Assembly: GCF_009914755.1 (NCBI RefSeq) | Contig: NC_060926.1 | Origin: the human T2T-CHM13v2.0 reference genome, Homo sapiens | DNA: 64,000 nt | Reading direction: 5' to 3' (one strand) | Shown: positions 14,236 through 29,592 of the stretch, piece after piece | Layout: each line of letters opens with the position of its first letter | How positions within the stretch are numbered: position 1 is the first letter of the stretch | Program-made: the position numbers and the translations under genes | Notes under the pieces: generated by a model | What the model saw: only the letters and a program-made list of their open reading frames with translations | What the model was told of the DNA's origin: nothing | Database searches by the model: none

Positions 14236-15290
14236 CAGTCGGGCTGGCTTTTTCGATGATCAGGGCTTTCCTGGATCAAAGATGATACAATTCTTACGTG
14301 TGTTTGACCAAAATATCATATGGAAATCTAATATCTAGGATAGAAGATCATAAATGAAGGATCTATTCTGACATTCAGAGCTTGAACAGTTTTCAGATCC
14401 TTTCTGCTGTGTGCTTCAGGAAATATCTTCCCTTGTGGTTCAGATCGTGGTGTGGGCTTGAGCATATGTGAGTCTCATTTGTTGTCCAGCTGTATGAGCC
14501 GGAATTGTTCATTTTTAAAGGCCTGGACTTCATAAATCATGTAGAAAACAAGCACAGATGTATAAGGAGAGTTGCCCATTTTCAGAGAATAGATAGTCCG
14601 TGCTTCCATATATAATTTGTACTTCAAAACTTATGTATTACTTAGTTACAGAATAAAAGCCAGTTGGACAGTTTAGTGCACCATTAGATTACATGTTAAG
14701 GCAGGTTCTATCCCAGAAAACAGAAAATCATGTCCTCCTTCTTATTTACATCTTGTTCATTGTTTTGATATAAAATCTAAAAGTCTTAAAAATTTGATTT
14801 ATACCTTCAAAATTCAACACAGAGTCAACTGATTAATATTGGATTAAAGGGAAATGTCACTGACTTTGACATACCTAATAAATTCTGTTTTACTTTATGT
14901 TATATAAATTTGAGACTTATGCTTCGTTTCCTTAGAGCACCAGCATTTTTCTTTTTTTCTTTTTTCCTGTCTTATAAAGAACTCGAGACAAATAGGAGAA
15001 TATATTCCAGCAGATTCCTGTACATACAAAGATAGTGACTCTGAATAGCTGGATGATAGGCACTGTATGGTCATATCATAGCAGAAATGTTTGCCCATTC
15101 CTGATCAATGAAGTCTGCTGTTATGACAGTTTGTTACATGAAAGGTAGTTAAAAGGTAACATTGTCTGGAATATAAAAAATGTGGACTGCCTCACCTCAC
15201 AAAAGTGGAGGAACACCATCATATAGAGGAGATTCGATCAAAGCAAAGGATTTTTCAATTAGATTAAAAATCTGTTGAAAACTCTATTGA

Positions 15291-15430
15291 TAATCCCAAC
15301 TACTCGGGAAGCTGAGGCAGGAGAATTGCTTGAAGCCAGGAGGCGGAGGTTGCAGTGAGCCAAGGTAGCACCACTGCTCTCGAGTCTGGGCAACAGAGCG
15401 AGACTCCGTCTCAAAAAAATAAAATAAAAA
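15291..15430 (+). mobile_element. 5'-truncated Alu (right arm only, S-type)
   Basis: taatcccaactactcgggaagctgaggcaggagaattgcttgaa...gactccgtctc plus A tail; flanked by the repeat tctattga. Confidence 0.9.
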
Positions 15431-15769
15431 TCTATTGAGCTATTGAAGCTTTTCCTTAATATGTTCAAACTGTATCCAACTAAGAAATACACTTGACTAC
15501 TTACCACTCAGAATTGGTGATTATGATAGAGTAGTGCTATAATTATTTGACCAGGAAATTATACTTTTCAAGATATATGAAAATTTAAAATAATTTGTCT
15601 CATTTTTAATTTGTACCTTAAAGAACTGAAAATCAGGATGACTGAGTTTCTTTTCTTTTCTTTTTTTCAGCTGTAGGCAATTTACTCAGGTACTTTAATG
15701 GATTGTTTAACCTCATTATGCCTCAGTTTCCTTACCTATAAATGAGAGGAGTGAACTACATAATGTTCT

Positions 15770-16340
15770 TAAAGCAAAAAATTACTTATTTTTAACAAAA
15801 AAGCTATAGTAGAAGGTAGAAGAAAAGTAGAAAGTTGAGAAACTATAGATACTTAAAAAGAAAAAAATTATTCCACTATTCCACAAACACCTTTTTCTTT
15901 AGCATATGTACCTACCACATACTTATTTTAGTTTTACAAAATTGGATCATAGAATATATGTTCCTTTATAATCTCATTTTCTCCCATTGAATACAATATT
16001 GTGAATATCTTTGCATGTTATTACATATAATTCAACAAGTTTTTTTTTCATGATGGCATGGTAGCTAATGGTTTGAATATGCTACAATTTATTTAAATAA
16101 TTTTATTATTATTGAACAATTGGTTTCTAATATTACACTCTTAAAAATTCTGTAATGATTATTCTTATAGTTAAATCTTTTCACATATGTGTGATTTGAG
16201 ATAAATTCCCAGAAGTGGAATTGCAAGATTAAAGGATTTTTGTCATGTAAGGCCAAAACATTCTTTATAAATTTTGTGTCAATTTACATTTCGTCGGCAG
16301 CGTATAATAGTGTTTGTTTCTTCCCCATTCTCATAAGTAC
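15770..16340 (-). mobile_element. Old L1 (L1M/L1ME) 3' fragment
   Basis: AT-rich reverse L1 3' text, e.g. gataaattcccagaagtggaattgc and aatttacatttc...cagcgtat. Confidence 0.6.
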
Positions 16341-16803
16341 TGCATAATAGTACTTCAGATGACATATTTTGGAGCTTCTATTCAAGGTGGTCCTGGAGAA
16401 AATGAGTTTTGGGGTTTTTGTTTGGGTTTGGTTTTGCCTGCTTAAGACCCCATATAAATTACAGAAAAGGAGAAAAGGGGGAAGTCTGTATTAACCAAGT
16501 GGGCAGAAAGAGGCCATCATCAAACTATTTCAGAGAATTTCTGGGAGATGAAAGTAGAAGGTGGGGTGGCAGCTAATGAAGCAGAATAGAGAACTCTGGA
16601 GCTAGAGCCCAGAACATGTGCAGAGGGCACAGGAACCTAGCATAGAGCAGCTTCTCTGCAGGACCCTAAAGGGCTCCAGGCTTGGACACTGTACTTACCC
16701 CAGGTAAAAACAAGTGACCTTTGGAAAGTCTGTATGTGGAACCATATGCTCCCCACTGTCACTATGGAAGGGCCTAACTTTTACATAAAAAATTGGAAGG
16801 CTC

Positions 16804-17204
<401 letters not shown>

Positions 17205-17305
17205 TCAGGGACCCATGCTCTAATGGCCAGATCCCACCATCTAACCCTATGGCACATGGGGCTGCAATTCTTAGAAATATGCTGCATTCATAAACAAAAA
17301 CAAAC

Positions 17306-17329
17306 GAGAGAGAGAGAGAGAGAGAGAGA
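17306..17329. repeat. (GA)n microsatellite
   Basis: gagagaga run. Confidence 0.9.
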
Positions 17330-19220
17330 AATGAGAAAACAGGAAGGCACTGCCTGTACATGAGAAAGGCATTATGAATAAATAGGAAGGCATTTCTGGA
17401 AACTCAAGATATTGTCAGAAAATTTCAGAGGAAGAATTATAAAGTCAAGGAAATCTCCTAGACTATGGAATAAAAAGATAAAAGAAATGGATATATATAT
17501 GTATCACATAGTAAGAGACATAAGGATCATTCCTACTGGTCCAACATCTGAATAAGAGGAGTTTCAGAAAGAAAATGAAGAAGAGGCCCATGACAAAGAA
17601 CAAATAGAAGAGTATCTCCCACAAATTCAGTTTCATTTAGGACAATGAATCCCAAAAGACACCCTGAGACATATCACTGTGGCATTTTAGAATACTAGGA
17701 TAAAGAAGACCCAAAAACTTCCACAAAGTGAAAACAACGTCACCTATTAAACAACAGTAATCTGGCTGACATCAGAGTCCATTGACAATATTGATGTTAG
17801 AAGAAAGTTCTGATAGATTATGATCTTTTTAAAACCTAGAATTCTATATCCAGCTAAACTATCAATTATGTGTGAGAACAGGCATGAAAGATTTCTGATT
17901 ACTATTTCAATCAGAATGTACTGTCCTAGCAAAAACAAGGGAATAACTCAGAATAAGGAAGATAATGGATTTCCAAGACAGTGGCTGCACCCAGCAGAAC
18001 AGTGAGGAGATATGCAGTGCTACAGTTGTGCAGCAGACCAGAGAGCGTCAGCTCAGATCAGGGAGAATAGGACAGTGGGGTGTCCTGATAGGTACACCCT
18101 CCGAGAAAAGAATGCTGGGAAGACTCAAAGATCTGAGAAAGGCAATTGGTAGACTGTAAGATGAAGAATCCATTTGAATTAGATGCTAGGTATATTAGCC
18201 ATTGAGTGGCATGTGAATTGTTACATTGGGCCCATGGGAAAGAAGGTGTATGTAACACCATTTACAAAGTCATAATAAGGAAAGACGATTAGTTTTCAGA
18301 TTTTAGAACTAATGTATACACAAAACATGGAAATTAACTATGGTTAGAGAACAGAATGTCAGTGTTGTCAACCTTGATAGGTTAAGAGTAAAGACAAAAA
18401 TTTCAGAGGTGGCTGGGATGGAGGGTGGCAGGCAGAGGATGGGGAATGCTGGAAGCACTAATGTCCTCTGGGTACAATGTGGAGGGTCAAGGGATATATT
18501 CTCTACAGTTGATGGCATAAGAAATTGGCATTTTAGGTGTGTGAGTTTTTTTGTAGTTGTAGAGAACAGAGAATAAACAGAATTTGTGATGTATAACTTT
18601 TGTGGAGGGGCAAAAGAGGAGGGAAGTGGTAAGTAAACTGAATCCTCTTCTATCATAGCAGCAAGGTAAGAGAATGTCTAAAATAAGAAATCAGGAAATT
18701 GAGGCATACACATTTTATTTAGGGACGCAGCAGTGACCACCAGAGAAACCTATATAAAAATTACTAAAATTGGTCCCTCTGAGGAGTTATGGGGCAGAGG
18801 ACTGTTGCTTCTCATGACAAGCAGACATGTAGCTTTTGGTTTCTTAAAACTGAACACATCACAGTACTTACTTTTGGCTATATTTTAATAAATAAATAAC
18901 ACAAAAATATATAACCCAAATGAAACTTTGACTAATTTGATAAGCAAAAGAAAAGAAAAAAGATCTTATCCTTTATTTTATTTTTGTATGTATATTTAAA
19001 CTAAATGATTTTTAAGGCATTTCTGACTCCTAAATTTCATGCTTTTATAGTTTTTTATAAAACTGTTCTTTTTCTCACAGGACATGGTTCCAACTAAACA
19101 ATGAAAAGCAATGGCAAATAAGACTGGTATACAGAGTATTATGATGCAGGAATATTCCCCGGAGAGCAATTATTCCCCAAAGTTGGGCATCCTGCGTCAC
19201 ATTTGTATGTCATTGTCTGA

Positions 19221-19622
<402 letters not shown>

Positions 19623-20034
19623 AAGGAGCAACTTTTTATCATTCATGCAGTATGGGCTCCATGACAGCTCACAACGTGTTCTTTCTACAGATCTCCCAGA
19701 GCTCAGGCTGTCTGTGGGGCAGCCTGCCAGGCCTCAAGGTACCTATTGGAAGCATTGGGTCTCCACTTGGAGAACCCGGCTTTAACGCACACTCCTCTTC
19801 TGCAAATTGTGAGGATGCGCGCAAGTTATTTAAATTCCTAAGCCTCAGTTTTGTCACCCATCAAATGGTTAAGAACAACAATATTGCCTTCTTCACATAG
19901 GTAACACATGTAGAGTATTCAATAAAGGGTGCTTATGAGAGTTGTGATTATTAGTATTCATAACATAGTCTCTCTTTTGAAGAACTCAGAAAGATGGAAA
20001 CAAATGATCGTGTCTTGGCTTTCAAAGGGAGTCA

Positions 20035-20241
<207 letters not shown>

Positions 20242-20479
20242 CTACAGGGACAGAAAATTTCCTGATATGAAGATAATTTTTCTGGTTACAAATTCCTGAG
20301 TTCCTGACCGAGCTTGCCTCTGTTTCACATGGATTCATTCAGTTCCACTTAGAGTCTTTATTGAATACCTATCTCAATCCCAGCCCTGAATCAAGAGCTG
20401 TGGAATCCTCAAAAGAAAGACATGGCTTAGCAGGAGAGGTGCTCACAGTCTAGGTGGGAAATAGCAATCATAATGACCT

Positions 20480-20690
20480 GGCAGCTAATATTTACAGGAA
20501 GTTGTGTGCCAGACAGTTTCAAGTGCTCCACCATCTCCTCGAATCCTCCCAACACTCTGAAGCAGGTCCTGCTGACATTCAACTTGTAAGATGAGGAAAT
20601 CAAAATAAGCACCACAGAGCTTTAAACAGGCAGAACTGGGATTGGAACCCGGGTAGGCTAGCTTCAAAACCTTTACTTTCAATCTCTGAG
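20480..20690 (-). mobile_element. MIR SINE
   Basis: gtgtgccagacag...agatgaggaaatcaa...ggcagaactgggattggaacccgggt. Confidence 0.65.
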
Positions 20691-21595
20691 ATATATTGAC
20701 TTAGTGTAAGAAATAGGAAATGTAAGATAAAGCACACACATTCAAATATACCTAGTGATAGGGACCATTGCAAATCAAAATGCAAAATGTGAAATGCAAA
20801 GTGCAGATCGGCAGTGGATTATCTGCTTCAGAATGCTTGGGTAGGTGGCTACATTTCTGCTATTAGTGCTCACCTACCTCTTCTTAGGATATACAGTCAT
20901 GTACTGCCATTTCTCTCAAAGTAGACAGGCAGACTGTGCTGTGAGCAGATGATGCTCTGTACCCTTACACACTCTCCACATTAGTTTAGGCACTTTTGGA
21001 TGTTTTCTCAGCTCAAGAAAGCATTTATGTATACATAGAGTTATTCGTTTTTAGCTACCTCTGTCATCAGAGGGAGCCAGCTCTCTGGGGCCATTTCTGA
21101 GCCTGCTAAAAAAGAGGAAGTAGGTGCTAACTTGAGCCTACTCCATTTGTGGTGTGTTGAGAGCTAAGATCTGTAACGTGGGCCTCTGGTCCAGCCAACA
21201 AGAGTTTCACAAGAAGATAATGGCTGCTGCTAACTTGGTTCCCAGTGACCTGGCTACGGGTGATGAGAATGCAGTGTTTCAGCCAGTTTTGAGGGGTGTT
21301 TATTTAAGGTGTGTCTGGCAACTGAAGCAAGCTGTAGTCTGGGGGATTGGAGATTATAAACAGCCAGTGCAGTGAAAAGGGACATTTTATTTTTTTAAAT
21401 GGGTAGTAACTTAAATTTTTAACAAGTTAGCTCAGAACACAATTTTGTAAATGGGCGTAGAATAAAGAATAAGGCCTCCTTTCCTGATTTCTGGTTTGCT
21501 CCTCCTGTCATGTCCATCTCTTGAGTCAGCTCTTGCCTTTTGCTGATTAAGACTCCTTCTGGAGATAAGGACGTATGTGCAGATCACGTGTGCGC

Positions 21596-21627
21596 ATGTG
21601 TGTATGTGTGTGTGTGTGTGTGTGTGT
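21596..21627. repeat. (TG)n microsatellite (interrupted)
   Basis: atgtgtgtatgtgtgtgtgtgtgtgtgtgtgt. Confidence 0.9.
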
Positions 21628-22269
21628 ACACCCACATGCTCCCCCATTGTATTCACACAGCAACACAACATCATGAACTTACGGTGTGTTGCTTTATCCC
21701 CCCTCCACTTAATGTATCACAGAGCTAGTTCCCTATCAGTTGGTACATTTAGATCTTTTTCAGTCTTTTTTAGGACTCGCATGGTGATCTACCATATGAT
21801 GTACCATAATTTATTTAAGCAGTCTCCTATTCATGGACATTTAGGTCATTAAGTTCATTAAAAGGCTTTCTATAACATTTGGTCTAATTATCTTGTTTTA
21901 TATATGAGGAAGTTCAGATCCACAAACACACAGACAGATTTAAATAATTCAGCAGACTCTCAAACCTACATTTTGGATGTGTTTATCTTGCTATTATTGT
22001 ATTTTGATCACAGGAGACAGGAGAAGGTGGCTCAGCTGTGTGCCTGTGAGTGTGTTTGCACACGTGGGTGGGTGTGTGAATGTGCACGCCTACACAGGTA
22101 GGTGTACATTATGTTGTTTCACAGATGTGCTGTTGAAAAACTCTGAATGAGTCCTTTTATTTTTAAAAATGGAATATGAAATTTTAAATGCTCCGAGGGT
22201 GGGAATAGGATTTGTTATTTAAAGGAAACTTGTGGAGGAATCCTTATGCGAAATAAATCGTTTTTTTCC

Positions 22270-23046
<777 letters not shown>

Positions 23047-24248
23047 AGTAGATGGCTTCCCCAGTAAATCATCTCCACAACTCAGCGTACAGATCCAGTT
23101 TTTTAATATATTGAAGTAGTATAAGCTAAGGCCATGCATTCAATAAGCCAACATGTAGAAATCTGTATTGAATCCCTCCCATGTGCGGGACAGACAGGGT
23201 CCTGCTTTGCAGGGATGTACACTGAAGCCTGCATGTCTTTGCACTGCAGTGGAAGCTGTTTGAGAAAAACGATCTGCCCCTCCCCTTATTTTATGAAAGT
23301 AAGTGCTATTATAAGCCCATTAACAGAATAGAATCTTGAACATATTTGATTACATGTGTACTCTCTGCTTTTTGACCAGTCACTGCACACTACCAATAGA
23401 GCAAGTAGCAAATTTTACCCCAAATGAAGAGTCTTTAATTAGCTGCTAACTTCAAAATCAGCACCCCGCAGCTGCTGCTGAGTTGCTCATTGTATTGCCT
23501 CAATGCTTTCTGCTTTCCAAATGCAGAGCTGGGAGGACACCTGCTGCCTGAATGTCCCCTGCTCTGTCCAGCTGGCCTCTCCCATGCCAGGTGGGTCTGG
23601 GGATGGTAGTGTGCCTGCGGTGCCTCCAGGGGAGAGGGGGCATCAGTGAAGGGGTACAGGACTTGGGCAGTGGGCCCCCTGCTTTGGGAACCAGTCCCCC
23701 AGTCTTCTGTCCTGATGGTTCCCCGTCTGCCTCCTCCTTTCTCACTCTCCACCCTCCTCCAAGTAAAAAAGAAAAAGACACAGCAGTAGATTATCTAGGA
23801 CCTTACTGGTGGAACAAGGGCAGTGCAAGCCTTCCCTTGTCCTTCTCATCCTTTCTGGATTCATCTTTTTCAGACCCTGTCCCTGTTGCCCTTTTGCCTC
23901 TCTCCACGCCTTTGTGCCTGACAGCAGATGGGAAGGGAAGTGAAACTCGAATTGGGCCTGTGTGACCTTTGTGGGCTGTCCCAAGGAAAGGTTTGCTTAG
24001 ACATCTCAGGCAAAAGTTGAACCTATGGTTAGGAAGCTTGACTTTGTATATTAGACCTCCCTTCCCTTGAAGCCAATAACCCCCAACATGTAGGTGTACA
24101 GATAACCTGTGGATCACGGGGGGCTGACAGCAGCACATCAGCCAGCAGCCTGGAGATCAGCATAGGTGGAGTCCTCTTGATTTTGCTGTTGTGGTTGTCA
24201 GAACTCCTGCTGGGCAGGTGTGGTGTCGAGGAAGAAACATGAGACTGA

Positions 24249-24568
<320 letters not shown>

Positions 24569-24755
24569 TAGGGAGCACGTTCTGATTCTGCCAGTCCGGC
24601 TCCAGGGGTCTCATGCACAGACATAGGTGTGAATGGCACCTCCTGGGGTTGTGCAGCTGGTGTGATCTCACTAGCACACTGCATGATATAATGGCCACCT
24701 ATCTTCCTTAACCCCAGCTTTCTCAGATTCTCAACAGCACTAATAATACTGTTAC

Positions 24756-24890
24756 CACGCCTGTAATCCCAGCACTCTGTGAGGCTGAGGTGGGAGGAAG
24801 GTTTGGGCCCAGGAGTTTCAGGCTGCAGCCATGACGGCACCACTTCACTCCAGCCTGGGGCACAGAGCGAGACTCTGTCTCAAAAATTTT
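24756..24890 (+). mobile_element. Alu monomer (FRAM/FAM-like) within a MIR
   Basis: cacgcctgtaatcccagc...ggcccaggagtttcaggctgcag...gagcgagactctgtctcaaaa, flanked by MIR-like sequence. Confidence 0.8.
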
Positions 24891-25647
24891 TTTTGAAAAT
24901 AACAAAACTCGCTACCTTACAGATTAATTGTGAGAAATGAATAAATGAATGCGTATGAGGGGCTTTGTAAACGGCTGAGCACCACCCCAAAAAAGTCCCT
25001 AACTTTTGGCTTTTCTAAGATTGCCTTTTTAGGGCTTGATGTGGGTTGGGCTCTTCCCCATTGCCAAGTTCCTAATTCACATGAGAGGCACTCTCATTGC
25101 TGCCCAGACCTCCCCTCAGAGCACCATGGGGTGGTCAAGGTGTCTGAGGTATTGCTGTGCCTTCCAGGTCTGCCTGGGGAAGCCAGTGACACCTGAAAAG
25201 GGGAATGAGCCCACTCTGGGGACGGGAGGGTTGAAGGAAGGAGACTGCACCTCGGACTGGATTGTCAGAGGAGGCTCAGTTGGCCAGGCAGGGCTGGGGT
25301 TGTGAGCATGACTTGCAAGCTCTGTTGACCTCTCCTCTGTGCCCCAGGCTGACCTGGGTGAGAATTCTGGCTGAAAGCTCTCTAAGCCTGTTTTTTCATC
25401 AGAAAAGTAGAGAATATTGCTGTCTCACAGGAGATTAGATGAACTAATGCAGGTAAGGTGCCAACATGGCGTCAGAGGCACAGTAGGTGTCATTGCCCTT
25501 CTTTCATGAGTACCACACGTCCTCCCGATGCCCCCGAATACCCTGGGTATAGCCCTTCCTGCCCCGGGTTTCCCCCAGAAAGGGTGCATACAATACTCTT
25601 ACCTTGGATTTTAAAGTACAATACTCTTACCTTAGTTAAAAAAAAAT

Positions 25648-25787
25648 GTTTTCAGAGACAGGATCTCACTTGTCACCCAGACTGCAGTGCAGTGGCACAT
25701 TGCAGCCTGGATCTCCTGGGCTCAAGCAATCCTCCTGCCTCTGCCTCCCAAGTAGCTGGGACTACAGCTGCCTGCCACCACACCTGA
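25648..25787 (-). mobile_element. Alu right-arm fragment (J/FRAM-type)
   Basis: gagacaggatctcac...ctcctgggctcaagcaatcctcctgcctc...gggactacag...ccacacctga. Confidence 0.85.
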
Positions 25788-25959
25788 CCTTTAGCTCTTT
25801 ATTTGATATTCACAACAACACTGTAAAGTCATCAAATGTCCTGGAATTACATGTAACAATACCAACTTTGTTGAGGAAAGTTTGTTATAGTAGAAATAAC
25901 ATTGGACTAAGAAGCAGAAGACTTGCCTTTTTCATGATAACTGCACCAATGATGACTAT

Positions 25960-26335
25960 TTTATGCCGGTGCCTTTGCTAAGCACTGTGCATAGATTATC
26001 TCATTTAATCTCACAGCAGCCCCATTTCACTGACAAGCAGGCTGAGGCATACAGAGGGTAGCTGCTTGCTTCAGGCCACAAGGCCGCTAAGTTTGCTCTT
26101 ACCCACCACGTGCAGAGTGTCTCCTGGGTGCTTAGTTAAAAAAAAAATTTTTTTTTTTAACTAAGGTAAGGTGCCAAGTGCTTTGCATGTATGTTTCATG
26201 GAATTTTCATGACAACCCATTTCACGGATGAAGAGGCTGAGAGGCTCAGGAAGAGTAAATAATTGCCTGAGGTCACTCAGCTGATAAAGGACAAAATGGA
26301 TTCTGCCCTGATTTGACACCAAAGTCTGTGTTTGT
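25960..26335 (-). mobile_element. Two MIR fragments
   Basis: atctcatttaatctcacagcagccccatttc...ctgaggc and cccatttcacggatgaagaggctgagaggctcagg...aggtcactcagctg. Confidence 0.7.
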
Positions 26336-28162
26336 CTCCCCCAGTTTGACTGCCTTGCTTCTGGCCCGTGCTGGAGGGGTAGCCAAGGCACCGTAGTGTG
26401 AAAGAGAATCATAGTCAAAGAAAATAGAAATAGTAGCTGGGAAGATGTGTTAAGTTGGGATATGAGGTCCAAGGAGGTTTGATAAATTAGGTTGCATCTG
26501 GGAGAACTGGGAGGAGCCTGGTGCAAAGAAGAGGCTCAGAACTAACCCTGGGAATGGCTGGGAGGAGGTAGCGAGTCTGCTTTTGTGTCACGCCAGCTGC
26601 CTGGTGCCAATGCAGACTGACAGCTTGCAGGGTTGTGCAGGGCTGGGCACTTACATTGCATCATTATCTGGACCATGTAATCGTGAGCAGAATTTATGAT
26701 TAAACTAATTCAGCGGTGAAGTTGTGCCACACTCTTCACCATCTTTTATACTTGGTGACCCCTCCAGTCGTTGAAGACCCACCACCTTGGATGGATTCTC
26801 AGAGCTTCCTCGCTTGGCTAGCTGGGGCTTGGCTGGCGATCTGCGGCCATCTGCTCATGCTGCAAAGCTCTTTGTTGCTTTTGGCATGTTTAATAGCTTA
26901 ATTTCTATTTTTCTGTTTGGAAATGCAGTTCACCAGCACGGAGGCTGCAGTGGGTGCTAAAATGCTTTCTGATTGCTATCTTGAATGTTAATATCCGAAT
27001 ACATTTTATCATAAATGACCTGTCCTCCCTGCCACGAGTTCTCACTCCCCTTTTGCAAAGATGGGCATGGTGCCTGCCTTTGGATAGGCCCCGAAGCCCA
27101 TCTCATTCCTTTGCTCTCTCCCTCCCTGCTTTACACAGATAGCATTGTACTTTGCCAATAAAGTCCACAGTCGTGGGAAATCTTTGAGTTGGAGGATATG
27201 AGAAAGAGTTTCATTTTGCCGGCAGGGTTTAATAGGGATGATCTAATCTCTAAAAGGCATACATTATTTAAATTCCATGCTTTTAGGCAAGAGGGCCCCT
27301 GATATTTTTGACTTTTGTCAGGGAGAAGATTCTGGTTTGGCTCTATTCAGCAGAGCCGACTGTTGGTTTTCCTGTTTGTCATTCGCTGCAGGGGCTGGTG
27401 AGGGTCAGCACTAGTGGTGAGAATTCTGGAGAACATTTTCTTTACCCAGAAACTTAAAATCATGGACTCTTGGGGAGAAAGGAATGAGAAAAGGCAGCAT
27501 GCGGAATTACCAGTTTGTTATTTGGTTCCCATCTGGATTTAAAACCGAAGATCCCAAACTCAGGTGAGCAGCTCCCCCGGGGTGCCCAGGGGGCAATGCA
27601 GGCCTGCTCGTGGCACTCCCTCACTCCTGTGCCGACGGAGCACCTCAGCTATCACCAGGGGCCTCTCCCACGAGGCACTGAAGAGTCTTGTGGGTGAAAA
27701 TGAAATTTTGAGGGAAACCTTAAGCTCTCTCAACCATTAGAGGCTGAGTCAGGCAACAAGATGGGGTCAGGAGTGACTCTGGGAGCCTCCTGGATTGTGT
27801 GTGGGGTGAGACGTTGGGAGAGTTTGGAGAACACCATTCCAGCTGGTCGCTTTGTCTCATGGGGACATGTGGTGCTCATGGTATAGCTGCCTCATCTTTC
27901 CTCTACCCTTTTTCAAATGTCATTTTAGTAGAGATGACATGCCTGCCTTCCTTCCTGGGGACAGAGCCTTGGGAGGGTGAATGTTCCCAGAATAGACTCT
28001 GGAAGTTCTGAACACAGAGCCTTTTCCCACCTCCACGAGTGTGTGCTGGGTGTTTCCTAAGAGACAGTGAGCTACGAACTAGGGATGCAAATCTGGTTAT
28101 CATACTTTCTGTCTATCAGGACAGAGAGGTAGATGGACAATGTATTACAACTTAATAGGAGC

Positions 28163-28710
28163 TGTATTAGTCAGTGTTCTCTAGAGGGACAGAATCAATA
28201 GGATATATGTATATATGAAGGGGAGTTTATTAGGAGAATTGACTCACACGATCACAAGGTGAAGTCCCACAATAGGCCGTCTGCACGCTGAGGAGCAAGG
28301 AAGCCAGTCCGTGTCCGAAAACCTGAAAAGTAGGAAAGCCGACAGGGCAGCCTTCAGTATGTGGCTGAAGGCCCAAGAGCCCCTGGCAAACCACTGGTGT
28401 AAGTCCAAGAGTCCAAAAGCTGAAAAACTTGGGGTCTGATGTTTGAGGGCAAAAAGCATCCAGCACAAGAGAAAGATGAAGGCTGGAAAACTCAGCAAGC
28501 CTAGTCTTTCAAACTTCTTCTGCCTGCTTTATTCTAGCCACGCTGGCAGCTGATTAGATGGTGCCCACCCAGATTGAGAATGGATCTGCCTCTCCCAGTC
28601 CACTGGCTCAAATATTAATCTCCTTTGGCAGCACCCTCACAGACACACCCAGTAACAATGCTTTGCATCCTTCAGTCCAATCAAGTTGACACTCAATATT
28701 AACCATCGCA
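28163..28710 (-). mobile_element. Solo LTR, MLT2A2-like (ERVL)
   Basis: tgtattagtcagtgttctctagagggacagaa...caatcaagttgacactcaatattaaccatcgca; 548 bp with TG...CA ends; perfect 5-bp TSD ggagc. Confidence 0.9.
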
Positions 28711-29592
28711 GGAGCCATGAGTAAGATGTGTCTGGTGTATTGTGGGAACACAGATGAGGGGCTAATTAATTCTGACTGGGCATATCTGGATAGATTTCAG
28801 AGAGGAGGTGATAATTGACCTTGACTTTGAAGGAGGAGGAGATATCCACTAGACTGACTGTTCTGAAGTAATTCTTGCTAAATGCTTGCCTGCTCTTTGC
28901 TGGGGACAGTGAAAAAGGAAAAGGAGGGGGATAGTGGTTCCTGCCCTCAAGATATTCACAGCTTGTTGGGGAGAGAGCCTGGCACTATGAACCAATGAAA
29001 GCTCTGTGTAGACAGATGGGATTGTGGAGGCGGAGAGGCTAGCAGGGGGACTTGGTGATCCAGGGTTTCCAGAGTTACTACTCTCTTATAGAGAGAACAC
29101 AGTTTCTGTAAGGATAGTTCAGTCCTTGCAAAGATGTCTTTAACTACAAGAGGCCCAGCCCTCTGGCTTTTGTCTCACCCAATTATTTCACCACCTTGTC
29201 TCTGTATATTATAAGTAGTTAGCTGGATTTGAGGTGGGGAGGGAGGAAGTGAGGGTGCCTGTGCTGTTTCTTACGCCTTGCATACCTTCCCTTCCCTCTT
29301 CCCTTCCGTCTTCTACACTGATTTCAGGTTCGTCAGATACTTTATCAGTTCTTCTCTGTCCTTCATCATTAAGCTGGATTCAGCATTGTTCCCCATTTTT
29401 TAACTCCACAATGAGATGATAAACGCCATAAAAGCAGGAGTAGTGTCTTCCTGCTTCTCTTATTTCCCCTGGGAGCAGTTTCTGTGGTATAAAGAACATG
29501 GGTTTCTCAAGACAGGCTTGGCATTGAATCTCAGCATTACCACTTACCTTGGAATTTGGGCACAATTTCCATATCTGTAAAATGGGATAACA

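Noticed and set aside
13556-14338. Longest ORF in the track (260 aa)
   Set aside because: Lies almost entirely within an L2 fragment, has a non-ATG start and no recognisable domain; a chance open frame.
15650-15695. 19-nt micro-exon candidate (tttcag|CTGTAGGCAATTTACTCAG|gtactt)
   Set aside because: Weak donor, adjacent to repeat-derived sequence, and no supporting feature.
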